Below, one piece after another: positions 1 to 8,597 of a stretch of DNA of 64,000 nucleotides. A model generated the notes under the pieces. That model had not been told where the DNA came from. It saw only the letters and a program-made list of their open reading frames with translations, and searched no databases. Both the position numbers and the translations under genes were made by a program. The stretch's first letter is position 1. Every line of letters starts with the position of its first letter. The stretch is from the IMG/VR virus record IMGVR_UViG_3300032665_001598; one strand, written 5' to 3'. Source of the DNA: an uncultured virus (IMG/VR IMGVR_UViG_3300032665_001598) (lineage: Duplodnaviria; Heunggongvirae; Uroviricota; Caudoviricetes).

Positions 1-284
1 TTTCGTTTGAAGCAGAAGCAGGTACTCCTTTGTATATCCTTTGGATGACTTACGGATCCGGGGATAGCTTTGGGCACGGCGATGGATATGGCGAGATCTT
101 GTGGGTATTTAAAAACGCAGATGTTGCCGAACGAGCATTGGCGGCTTTCCAGGCAGACACCGAGCAGTATTCAATCCCAGTTAAAGACGATGAAGGTAAC
201 ACAGTTACGCTACATAACCCGGGTTCGGGATACTTCGAATCGGTCAACTCTTTACAAGTTGATACATTTTTATTAAGCATATAA
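1..284 (+). CDS. hypothetical protein, 5'-truncated by window edge
   Basis: Frame is open from position 3 to TAA at 282-284; followed by an RBS for the next gene. Confidence 0.7.
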   Translation, partial: SFEAEAGTPLYILWMTYGSGDSFGHGDGYGEILWVFKNADVAERALAAFQADTEQYSIPVKDDEGNTVTLHNPGSGYFESVNSLQVDTFLLSI

Positions 285-299
285 AGAAAGGAGCATAAT

Positions 300-863
300 A
301 TGCCAGCAGTATTTTTAGTTAGCGATACGCACTTTGGTCATCATGGTGTATGTCGCTTCACACGCAACGATGGTATTACAAAACTTCGCCCGTGGGATGA
401 TCCTGCGGAAATGGATGAGGCCATGATTACAGCATGGAATGACCGGGTTAGACCCAACGACAAAGTCTATCACTTAGGCGATGTTGTTATTAATCGGAAA
501 GCGTTAAAAGTTTTATCCAGACTTAACGGCGACAAAGTTTTAATTCGTGGTAACCACGATATCTTTCGAGATGACGAATACCGTCAATACTTTAGAGAAC
601 TTCGTGCCTACCATGTTATGAACGGACTTATTCTTAGTCACATTCCTATTCACGAAGAAAGTCTTGGTCGCTTTGGTTGCAACATACACGGACATACTCA
701 CGCCAATCGTGTTATGAAAGATGGCGTAATTGATCCACGCTATCATGCAGTATGCGTAGAGCAAACTGACTGGGCACCGATTCTTTTTGAAGATGTATTA
801 AAAAGGATTGAAGCAGAAGGCGGTACTGTGGGATTCAGGAACAGTAACGGTCCTGCAATGTAA
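300..863 (+). CDS. calcineurin-like metallophosphoesterase
   Basis: Motifs DTHFGH, LGD, GNHD, HGHTH; AAGGAG RBS. Confidence 0.9.
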   Translation: MPAVFLVSDTHFGHHGVCRFTRNDGITKLRPWDDPAEMDEAMITAWNDRVRPNDKVYHLGDVVINRKALKVLSRLNGDKVLIRGNHDIFRDDEYRQYFRELRAYHVMNGLILSHIPIHEESLGRFGCNIHGHTHANRVMKDGVIDPRYHAVCVEQTDWAPILFEDVLKRIEAEGGTVGFRNSNGPAM

Positions 864-922
864 TAGTCCTGGACACGCGGACTTTAAAACGAGGTGGGTG
901 TAGGTGGAATCCCTACATTAAT

Positions 923-2215
923 CTAATAAATTGACAGTTTACCACGTATACAATGTACGTAGGTAGTTTGATCATTGAGTATTTCTTGCTTTGATACACA
1001 AAACGGTTTATTAGCAACTGGTATAGTACTATCTCCGATATAATAAAATGGAGTTTGGTATTGTTTAAGATCACTTACACAGTTACGATAGTATTGAAAG
1101 TATCTGCTGTCAAGATTTGTTTTTAAATAATCTACGCCAGCTGTCCAAGTTGCATATAAATCAGTATCTTTAAAATTTGTAAAGAACCATGTATCCATCT
1201 CTGCATTAATAGCAGTAGTACTCTTAGCAGTTTGGAAGGTATTAAAATCGTAGTCAGAATAGATGATAGGTTTGAGAATTTGTTCTCGGAATGTGCGAGT
1301 ACTATAATCATGGTTGGGCCATTGCAGGATATGACTCATGGCATAGTGTGCCGGCATACTAAACCAATTCTTAATCATGTGTGCCTGTTTAGCCAGTAAC
1401 TCGCAAGCATCGGGTGACCAGTAGAAGAATTCGTTGGTAATATTGGTGTAGTCACCAATCTCGGGGTGATTATTGCTTGCTTGACTATCAACAAAATACA
1501 TAAAGAATTTACTGTCCTTGATACAAACCTTGGGTTTGTCAATGCCGAAAACAACAGCAATACGCTTGCCGGTGTCAGCCAATTCTTTATCTATTGTGTG
1601 CTTATGCACATGACCAGGATGTATATAGTGTCGTGTTTTGTAAATCCAATTTTCATCATTGGTTTTTTCATTGACTATGTTATCGGTAAAATCGTGTACA
1701 GTAACTTTAACTTCTGGATAATTAGTTTTGATCCAATTTAATAATGGCTTAGCTGCAAATTCCCATTCACTCAAATGATTTCGACTTTCGGTATCCCACG
1801 GATTATTTGATACATCCTTAGAACCTTTTTCAGGATATCGAAATACAACTTCATCTAATCGTATGCCATTTAATAAAAACGCATACGCTACAGTGGTACT
1901 ATCTGCGCCGCCGCTTAGTTCTAACCGTATGTAGTCATACTGGTCGCGCAACTGTTGAGCACGTATGCGGTACAATTCATTTAATGGAACATTAGGTTCT
2001 TCGTGCCACGGAAATCGAATAAAAGTATCTTCGTTGAATAACCAGCGAACAGGATCGTTATTAAGTCCGCCTACATCACCCGGTTGTTTAGACCCAACGA
2101 GCATGGCCTGGTTCTTGTTGTAATAAATTTCGTTATTAACAACATAGTAACCTAATTTTTTATTTGGTTCAAAGCGGACTCCGCCGGCAGAGGTATGTTC
2201 TATTTTGGTTGACAT
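923..2215 (-). CDS. PP-loop (adenine nucleotide alpha-hydrolase-like) protein
   Basis: SGGADS PP-loop motif in a 430-aa ORF. Confidence 0.65.
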   Translation of the reverse strand: MSTKIEHTSAGGVRFEPNKKLGYYVVNNEIYYNKNQAMLVGSKQPGDVGGLNNDPVRWLFNEDTFIRFPWHEEPNVPLNELYRIRAQQLRDQYDYIRLELSGGADSTTVAYAFLLNGIRLDEVVFRYPEKGSKDVSNNPWDTESRNHLSEWEFAAKPLLNWIKTNYPEVKVTVHDFTDNIVNEKTNDENWIYKTRHYIHPGHVHKHTIDKELADTGKRIAVVFGIDKPKVCIKDSKFFMYFVDSQASNNHPEIGDYTNITNEFFYWSPDACELLAKQAHMIKNWFSMPAHYAMSHILQWPNHDYSTRTFREQILKPIIYSDYDFNTFQTAKSTTAINAEMDTWFFTNFKDTDLYATWTAGVDYLKTNLDSRYFQYYRNCVSDLKQYQTPFYYIGDSTIPVANKPFCVSKQEILNDQTTYVHCIRGKLSIY

Positions 2216-2286
2216 TGTGGTGGTTTACTACTTAGATACAACTATTTATTAAGTAACCTGCTATTAATAAAATATTTAATTAACCA

Positions 2287-2315
2287 TTGACACAAATACA
2301 AAATTGTATTATACT
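2287..2315 (+). promoter_or_regulatory. sigma70-like promoter
   Basis: TTGACA-N17-TATACT upstream of the rpoZ-like gene and tRNAs. Confidence 0.75.
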
Positions 2316-2342
2316 AGCTACTTAATTAACTAAAGGAACAAA

Positions 2343-2570
2343 ATGTCAAAATATCACAGTCGTCATGAACACCTAGACGTGGAGAAATGCGTTAAAGAGT
2401 CCGGCGGTAATAAGTTTGAGTTGATTATTATGGCTGCTCAACGTGCCCGTGAAATTAAAGCAGGCAATTCACGTAGTATTCATATGGAACACCATCACGG
2501 TGTTATGACAGCATTGTTAGAAATTCAACACGGAAAAGTAGATCAAGAGTACTACAAAAAGATTAAATAA
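2343..2570 (+). CDS. rpoZ: RNA polymerase omega subunit-like protein
   Basis: VEKCV...GNKFELIIMAAQRAREI...ALLEIQHGKV matches the RpoZ pattern NRFeLv.vAa.RArql...AL.EI..Gk. Confidence 0.75.
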   Translation: MSKYHSRHEHLDVEKCVKESGGNKFELIIMAAQRAREIKAGNSRSIHMEHHHGVMTALLEIQHGKVDQEYYKKIK

Positions 2571-2577
2571 GTTTAAT

Positions 2578-2662
2578 GCGACTGTGGAGAAATTGGTATA
2601 CTCATCAGACTTAAAATCTGACGCTTCACGGCATGGCGGTTCAAGTCCGCCCAGTCGCACCA
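2578..2662 (+). tRNA. tRNA-Leu(TAA)
   Basis: Acceptor GCGACTG/CAGTCGC, anticodon arm TCAGA-CTTAAAA-TCTGA, long variable arm, GGTTCAAGTCC T arm, encoded CCA. Confidence 0.95.
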
Positions 2663-2678
2663 ATAATAAAGGGAAAGT

Positions 2679-2822
2679 ATGTCAAAGCAAAAAAATACAA
2701 TTGATCGAGCATACGGTAACATTCCTAAAGAAGTTGGTCCTGGCGATATATTCGACTGGTTCCCTACATACCGTGGTTTACGGTATTATTGGTATAAGTT
2801 AGTAAGACAAGTAACAAGATAA
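2679..2822 (+). CDS. small hypothetical protein (47 aa, MSKQKNTIDRAYG...)
   Basis: Translated by hand; purine-rich RBS AAAGGGAAAG; fills the gap between two tRNAs. Confidence 0.55.
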   Translation: MSKQKNTIDRAYGNIPKEVGPGDIFDWFPTYRGLRYYWYKLVRQVTR

Positions 2823-2829
2823 AAGTAAC

Positions 2830-2919
2830 GGAAGCGTGGCCGAGTGGCCGATGGCACCTGCCTACTAAGCAGGCATACGGGCAACTGTATCGTGAGTTCG
2901 AATCTCACCGCTTCCGCCA
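2830..2919 (+). tRNA. tRNA-Ser with anticodon ACT
   Basis: Acceptor GGAAGCG/CGCTTCC, G73 discriminator, long variable arm, anticodon arm CCTGC-CTACTAA-GCAGG, GTTCGAATC T loop, CCA. Confidence 0.9.
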
Positions 2920-2924
2920 AGTAG

Positions 2925-3178
2925 CAATAAGTTTGGGCATATGGTGTGGCGACCATCTGATACATGTGGGAGTATGAGTAACAGTCGTAGGACCGGCCCC
3001 GTGGCACTGATACTGCAATTTCGGATACTTCCGAGGGTACAAGTTATTTTAAAACTGTGAAAGTGTTGCTAGATCCCGTGAAAGAGCCTGCGAAGGCGAG
3101 CCTTATTGGTTGGGTAGCTCCCGACTGGCATTGCGGTCCACTGTCGAAAAGCAGATTTTAGTATGCCCAAATTTATTG
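2925..3178 (+). ncRNA. candidate structured non-coding RNA of unknown family (~254 nt)
   Basis: 17-bp terminal stem (2925-2941 with 3162-3178, one G-U), GGACCG/CGGTCC long-range helix, several internal hairpins, raised GC, no credible ORF. Confidence 0.7.
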
Positions 3179-3252
3179 ATATTTTGGTTATTTTATTCAG
3201 ATTCATAAATAATACTATACAATCGTATCACACGAAACTGGAGAATCCCCAA

Positions 3253-4236
3253 ATGAGTCAAACAACAAAAATCCGCTGGCTAATTGCACATGAACCTGTA
3301 AAGCTATTTTTACGTACAGCTGAAGCGTTTAGTGCTAAAATTGCTGAATTAACCGATGGCAAATTTGAAATAGAAATTTTCACACCATCCCATTATTTTG
3401 AGCAAGCTAAACTTACTGGCTACGAAAACAACCTAGGTAACTTTTACCGTGATAACGGTCCTATCATCGAAATGGAACAAGGCAACATTGAAATTAGCCA
3501 AGTTCATATTAATGAATTGGCCATGTGGTGTAATACAGATTTTTGGGCACTTGAAATGCCATTCTTATTTCGTGATCATGAACATGCAAGTCGCGTATTT
3601 GAAGGACCAATTGGTAAAGGCCTATTGGGTACTATTGAAGAAACAAGCCCGGCTAAAGGAATGGCATTTACTTACAGTGGCGGATTCCGTTGTGTAGTAT
3701 CAGAAACTCCGATCAACGACATTAGTGATATGAAGGGGTTAAGCTATGCAATTAATACAAATCCTGTAGCAGTTGATACTGTACTTGCACTTGGCGGTGT
3801 TCCTGAATCTTTCTCTATTAGAGATTATGTAAAGAAAGTTACAGAAGAAGGTTTTAATTCTACTCTTTTAGAAACAACTATTCCACGTTACCTAGCACAA
3901 TTCCAAGGTACAAATAAGAAGCATCTTATCAACACAAAACACAGTTTGTTCCTGACTAGTATTATTATCAGTAAAGCATTCTGGGAATCATTGGACGCAG
4001 TTGATCAAGCAGCGTTTGAAGAAGCAAGTATGTACGCAAGTCAATTAGAACGTCAATGGTCAGTTGACGACTCAGTTGAATTTGCTGCTAAAGATAATCA
4101 TGACGATATCGGTGTTACTTATCAAGAACTAAGTGATGTTGATACAGCTAAGTTCAAAGAACTAACTGCTCCCTTGTATGACAAATATCAACATTTCTTC
4201 CAACCTGGATTACTGGACGGTATTATCAAATCGTAA
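3253..4236 (+). CDS. TRAP transporter DctP-like solute-binding-fold protein
   Basis: ELTDGKFEIEIF, LEMPFLFRD.EH, GGFR, DMKGL, FWESL motifs typical of DctP; ATG 3253 follows GGAG. Confidence 0.8.
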   Translation: MSQTTKIRWLIAHEPVKLFLRTAEAFSAKIAELTDGKFEIEIFTPSHYFEQAKLTGYENNLGNFYRDNGPIIEMEQGNIEISQVHINELAMWCNTDFWALEMPFLFRDHEHASRVFEGPIGKGLLGTIEETSPAKGMAFTYSGGFRCVVSETPINDISDMKGLSYAINTNPVAVDTVLALGGVPESFSIRDYVKKVTEEGFNSTLLETTIPRYLAQFQGTNKKHLINTKHSLFLTSIIISKAFWESLDAVDQAAFEEASMYASQLERQWSVDDSVEFAAKDNHDDIGVTYQELSDVDTAKFKELTAPLYDKYQHFFQPGLLDGIIKS

Positions 4237-4240
4237 TTAA

Positions 4241-4753
4241 ATGGTAATTGATTTTCAACAACAACTAAAAACTGTAAAATTTAAAGGACTGCACAATTGT
4301 AATGATTATGCAGATCTTTTTGCTGGCCGCAGAACAGTAGTCTTTTCTTTACCCTTGCCGGCAAATGTAAATTCGTGGGACCAGATAAAGAGATACGAAA
4401 CAGCTTACAAAGAATTAAGTAATGCCGGTGTAGACCAAATCTGTGTAGTAAGTGATACTTCATTTTTAATTCCCTATGTTGAATATCACGGCCCGCATAT
4501 TATGCCGTTGGTAGATACAACAATGCAATTCACTGCACTAGTTAAAGACTATGCAGAATCATCAAAAGATCTCAATGAGTTATCGCATTTATGGCAATAC
4601 GTTATTGTTTTAAACGATGGTGTTCCGGAAAAATTATTTAATAATCCGTTAATACCCAACATGCCATTTAAACTTTATTGTAAACCTGTATATCAATATT
4701 TTAGATTAGGTCCAGATAGAGTAGCAAAATATTTACTTGACAATGCCAAGTGA
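4241..4753 (+). CDS. peroxiredoxin (Prx5/redoxin)-like protein, degenerate
   Basis: DLFAGRRTVVFSLP...YKEL..AGVDQICVVS resembles Prx5, but the peroxidatic PxxxTxxC motif is missing. Confidence 0.6.
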   Translation: MVIDFQQQLKTVKFKGLHNCNDYADLFAGRRTVVFSLPLPANVNSWDQIKRYETAYKELSNAGVDQICVVSDTSFLIPYVEYHGPHIMPLVDTTMQFTALVKDYAESSKDLNELSHLWQYVIVLNDGVPEKLFNNPLIPNMPFKLYCKPVYQYFRLGPDRVAKYLLDNAK

Positions 4754-4776
4754 AATAAGTACAATATAGTTTTAAT

Positions 4777-4852
4777 GCCCTTATAGCTCAGCTGGTAGAG
4801 CGCAACATTTGTAATGCTGATGTCCCGTGTTCGAATCATGGTGGGGGCACCA
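4777..4852 (+). tRNA. tRNA-Thr(TGT)
   Basis: 76-nt cloverleaf, TAGCTCAGCTGGTAGAGC D arm, anticodon loop TTTGTAA, GTTCGAATC, CCA; TTGACA-N17-TACAAT promoter at 4737-4765. Confidence 0.92.
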
Positions 4853-4861
4853 AATAATTCA

Positions 4862-5161
4862 ATGTCAAAGAAAAAACCTGAACCTATTAAACCAAGAACC
4901 ACATGGGGTCAGATGCTAACCAAAGAAGAACTATTAGCATTACTAGATCGAATAGAAAAAAAACAACTAGCGAGAAAAGAAATGGCAGAAGAAGCTAAAA
5001 AATCTAAGAATCCTTTTATCAATGCGGCCAATGCCGCCAAGGCTATAGCAGCCAATCCAAAAGTGCCTAGTACTACAACGGCACAAGTGCAAAAGGCCAA
5101 ATCTGGTCCACAAGTCAGCACAAACAAACCAACAAAAAAATCAGCAGGACGCGGCAGATGA
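4862..5161 (+). CDS. basic Lys/Ala-rich hypothetical protein
   Basis: ORF after the tRNA; ATGA overlap with the next gene. Confidence 0.6.
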   Translation: MSKKKPEPIKPRTTWGQMLTKEELLALLDRIEKKQLARKEMAEEAKKSKNPFINAANAAKAIAANPKVPSTTTAQVQKAKSGPQVSTNKPTKKSAGRGR

Positions 5162-5688
5162 AGCCAAAGTTAGCACAAGCCTATATGAAGACTGCGGAAA
5201 CATTCGCAGAGCTTAGTCATGCACGTAGATTGCATGTAGGTGCTATTGTGGTCAAGGATGATCGCATTATTAGTATTGGATATAATGGTATGCCTTCGGG
5301 CTGGGACAACGACTGTGAGAATAAAGAATATTCAAGCGGTGACGAGGGCGGTTGGTTAGCTCCAGAGGAAATTCAGGAAAGTTGGCCACACGAAGAATTA
5401 GTCCATGAAACGCAAAGTGACGATACAGTATGGACACATACACGTCGATTCAGACTTAAAACAAAACCTGAGGTACTTCATGCTGAAACCAACGCCATTG
5501 CGAAACTGGCAAAATCAAACGAAAGTGGTCTTGATGCTAGTTTATTTGTTACTCACGCTCCTTGTATGGATTGTGCCAAACTTATATACCAAAGTGGCAT
5601 TTCTACTGTTTACTATCGGAATAGTTATCGTGAGTCTACAGGACTTGATTTCCTACGAAAATCTGGTGTAGAAGTAATCCAAAGTTAA
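5158..5688 (+). CDS. dCMP deaminase
   Basis: VGAIVVKDDRIISIGYNG, HAETNAI, PCMDC zinc motifs. Confidence 0.92.
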   Translation: MKPKLAQAYMKTAETFAELSHARRLHVGAIVVKDDRIISIGYNGMPSGWDNDCENKEYSSGDEGGWLAPEEIQESWPHEELVHETQSDDTVWTHTRRFRLKTKPEVLHAETNAIAKLAKSNESGLDASLFVTHAPCMDCAKLIYQSGISTVYYRNSYRESTGLDFLRKSGVEVIQS

Positions 5689-5795
5689 ATACATCTGTAG
5701 TTTACCATTTGACATATACTCTAAATATATGTTAATATCAATTTAATAGTATTACACTATTACCCGTTGTACAATAATTAAAAAGGAGAAGTAAA

Positions 5796-6974
5796 ATGAA
5801 AAAGCTATTAATAGCTCTATTAGCAGTAACTGGGTTTAGCCTCGCGCAAGCCCAATCAAACGTAACCGTGTACGGTTTGTTAGACGTAGGTTATATTGGT
5901 ACTAACTATAAGGGCGTTGGTACTTCGGCTACATCAAGTCAAAATACAAATGCCTTTGGGAATAGTGCCGAACAATCGAGTCGATTAGGCTTTAAAGGCA
6001 GTGAAGATTTAGGCGGCGGATTAAGTGCAATCTTTACTGTTGAGACAGGATTAAATCCGTCTGACTCAACCGCAAGTACATTTAACAATCGTCAATCATT
6101 TGTTGGCTTCCGTCAAAACGGTATTGGTCAAGTTGCAGTGGGTACTCAGTACACCCCGATCTTTAATGCAGTAGCATTAACAGATGCAGGTCAAATGAAC
6201 AACTTAGTCGGCGATGCGATCTATGCATCGAATCCACAAAGTAACGGCAATAGTGGATCTGGCCCATATGCTAACAGCACTTCTAGCTCTAGTTCAAGCG
6301 ATGCATTTACAGTTCGTGTTTCAAATTCGTTAACAGCAACAACTAGTAACTTTGAAGGGTTTACTGGTACTGCGTTGCTGGTTGTAAACAATCAAAATGC
6401 AACACAAACTAGTTCTACTTCTGGTGGTACTAACAATGCAAGTGGTTGGGGCTTAGGTGCTAACTACGAATGGGAAAAGTTATTAGTAACAGCTAACTAC
6501 CAAGCTCTTAAGAGTTTCCAGTCAGCAGCTACGTTAACAACACCTGCTCCTGCATTGTGGACTGGTGCCGCAGGCGGAACAAATACACAAGACAATCAAA
6601 CATACGTTGCTGCAACATATGACTTTGGTATCTTGAAGGCCTACGCTCAATACATCAACCGTAAAGCTACTGATACTTTGAACACAGGTTACTATGCTCA
6701 ACGTAAAGCTGAACAAATTGGTATCCGTGGTAACATTACACCAAATATTGATGCATGGTTATCAGGCGGCTTAGGTAAAGTAACAGCGTTTGGCGTAGGC
6801 CAACCAGTTGCTAATTTTACAGCATTTCAACTTGGTTCTAACTACTGGCTAAGCAAGCGTACAAACTTGTATGCTATCTATGGTCAGACACAAACATCAA
6901 GCGTGGCATCAGCAGGTAGCAATCCAGCACTTGCAGGTAGCAACTATGCGTTAGGTGTACGTCATACATTCTAA
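5796..6974 (+). CDS. Gram-negative (Burkholderiales/Neisseria-type) outer-membrane porin
   Basis: Signal peptide ending AQA; SNVTVYGLLD, SRLGFKGSEDLGGGL, LSKRTNLY, C-terminal GVRHTF. Confidence 0.92.
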   Translation: MKKLLIALLAVTGFSLAQAQSNVTVYGLLDVGYIGTNYKGVGTSATSSQNTNAFGNSAEQSSRLGFKGSEDLGGGLSAIFTVETGLNPSDSTASTFNNRQSFVGFRQNGIGQVAVGTQYTPIFNAVALTDAGQMNNLVGDAIYASNPQSNGNSGSGPYANSTSSSSSSDAFTVRVSNSLTATTSNFEGFTGTALLVVNNQNATQTSSTSGGTNNASGWGLGANYEWEKLLVTANYQALKSFQSAATLTTPAPALWTGAAGGTNTQDNQTYVAATYDFGILKAYAQYINRKATDTLNTGYYAQRKAEQIGIRGNITPNIDAWLSGGLGKVTAFGVGQPVANFTAFQLGSNYWLSKRTNLYAIYGQTQTSSVASAGSNPALAGSNYALGVRHTF

Positions 6975-6996
6975 TCCAAATTTTGGATAGATAATT

Positions 6997-7018
6997 AGCC
7001 CACTTCGGTGGGCTTTTT
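6997..7018 (+). terminator. intrinsic terminator
   Basis: AGCCCAC-TTCG-GTGGGCT followed by a T run. Confidence 0.85.
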
Positions 7019-7080
7019 GTTGACTTTAATTTCTTGATACTGTATACTAGCTACTAGTTAACCCCTATTGGAGTATTACA

Positions 7081-7242
7081 ATGTTTGAATCATTAGAAAT
7101 CCGTCGTGCCGCAAATGGCTTTATCTTAGTAGTTACCACTGAAGAAGATGCTAAAGAATTTGTTTACGATACAGAACGTAAACTTGTGCGAGTTGTTAAA
7201 CAATACCTAGGTGAACGAGTAACTACACAAGAAGCCGAGTAA
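7081..7242 (+). CDS. small hypothetical protein (53 aa, MFESLEIRRAANGFIL...)
   Basis: GGAG RBS; TTGACT-N17-TATACT promoter at 7020-7048; TAATG coupling to the next gene. Confidence 0.75.
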   Translation: MFESLEIRRAANGFILVVTTEEDAKEFVYDTERKLVRVVKQYLGERVTTQEAE

Positions 7243-8597
7243 TGAATTCGTTTGACGTATTTGATACACTACTAGCACGTAGATATTTTACTAGCGATCC
7301 AATTTGGCATCATCTATCTGCTGAATTTAATTTGCCCGACTTTGTTCAACAAAGAAAAGCCGCTGACACTGGCGGACGTTCGTATGAACAAATATACGAT
7401 TATCTAGTTGACACCAACGCTATCGCCGCAGACCAGCGTAATGTTATTGCTACTCGCGAACTCGAACTAGAAATTGAAACTTCTTTTCCGATACAAAAAA
7501 ATATAGATAGAGTTAAGGATGGAGACATTCTAATTTCTGATATGTATTTGCATGGTAGTGCTATTTTACAATTTGTACGTAGCATTGGCCTTACCAAGCA
7601 AGTAACAATATATCAAAGTGGCGGCGACAAAAGCACCGGGGATATATGGCGTCGTATGCAACATTGCAAGCCTGGTATACATCTAGGTGACCATACTAAC
7701 AGCGATGTAGCGCAAGCTCTTGCACATAACATCAACGGTGAACTATATCTAGGCACACACTTTAACGACTATGAGCAAGATCTGTTTAGTAATAATTTAA
7801 AAAATATTGCCACACTTGCAAGAGAAGCGAGGTTACGTAGTGGTTCTGCGACAAATGAAGTATTCTCAGATTTATCTGCCAGTTTAAACTTACCTTTTTT
7901 GTTTATTGCTAGTGAGTTGCTGTATAGAAAATATCAAGCACGTCCCATAGTATTCCTTGGCAGAGATTGTCAGCTATTACATAAGATATACAATGAGTAT
8001 TTTGAACTAAGCTACTATACACCTTTCTCACGCAAGGTTGCCTACACAGATCCTGCATTAGCTCTAGCATACTTACACAGACATAGTGCGCCTAACGCAG
8101 TTCTAGTAGATATTTCAAGCACTGGCGGCACATGGCAAAAACTTGATCCCATTGATGTTGAAGTATTAATCTACTCAGACCAAAGTTATTACACTCCTAC
8201 TAAGCCAACTCTACCTGCAACCTTTAGCTACCTTACTACTAATACAGAAATTGGACAGACTAACTTATTGCTAGAAGTATTTAATTGCGGCGATCACGGA
8301 CATTTAAATCGTGTAGAACAATTTACAGATGGTATGTTCCATGCAGAGTTTGGTACTCCCGAACTAGATAAAGACATTGTTAATGCTATACACCGTCCTG
8401 TATATCAAGCGGTAGCATTGTCTAGTATATATAAACAAGCAATTAAGAATGAACTTGCTGGCCTACCTCATGATCAGCTTATAGAGTTTTTCCGATATTG
8501 CACAAGTAGCTTATGTGTTCGTACAGATTTGTATGCACTATTAGGCGACTTTGTTAATCAAGAAACAACCTACTTGGATCAATTTACAAATGGATAA
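7242..8597 (+). CDS. HAD-superfamily hydrolase-like protein (polysaccharide-locus type)
   Basis: SFDVFDTLL motif I, ISDMY, HLGD..SD motif IV. Confidence 0.75.
   Translation: MNSFDVFDTLLARRYFTSDPIWHHLSAEFNLPDFVQQRKAADTGGRSYEQIYDYLVDTNAIAADQRNVIATRELELEIETSFPIQKNIDRVKDGDILISDMYLHGSAILQFVRSIGLTKQVTIYQSGGDKSTGDIWRRMQHCKPGIHLGDHTNSDVAQALAHNINGELYLGTHFNDYEQDLFSNNLKNIATLAREARLRSGSATNEVFSDLSASLNLPFLFIASELLYRKYQARPIVFLGRDCQLLHKIYNEYFELSYYTPFSRKVAYTDPALALAYLHRHSAPNAVLVDISSTGGTWQKLDPIDVEVLIYSDQSYYTPTKPTLPATFSYLTTNTEIGQTNLLLEVFNCGDHGHLNRVEQFTDGMFHAEFGTPELDKDIVNAIHRPVYQAVALSSIYKQAIKNELAGLPHDQLIEFFRYCTSSLCVRTDLYALLGDFVNQETTYLDQFTNG

Noticed and set aside
2584..3007. ORF-track entries 2584-2802 (+) and 2786-3007 (-)
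   Set aside because: They run across tRNA-Leu, tRNA-Ser and the structured RNA; shadow ORFs.
4814..4861. N-terminal extension of ORF 4814-5161
   Set aside because: It overlaps tRNA-Thr; the plausible start is ATG 4862.
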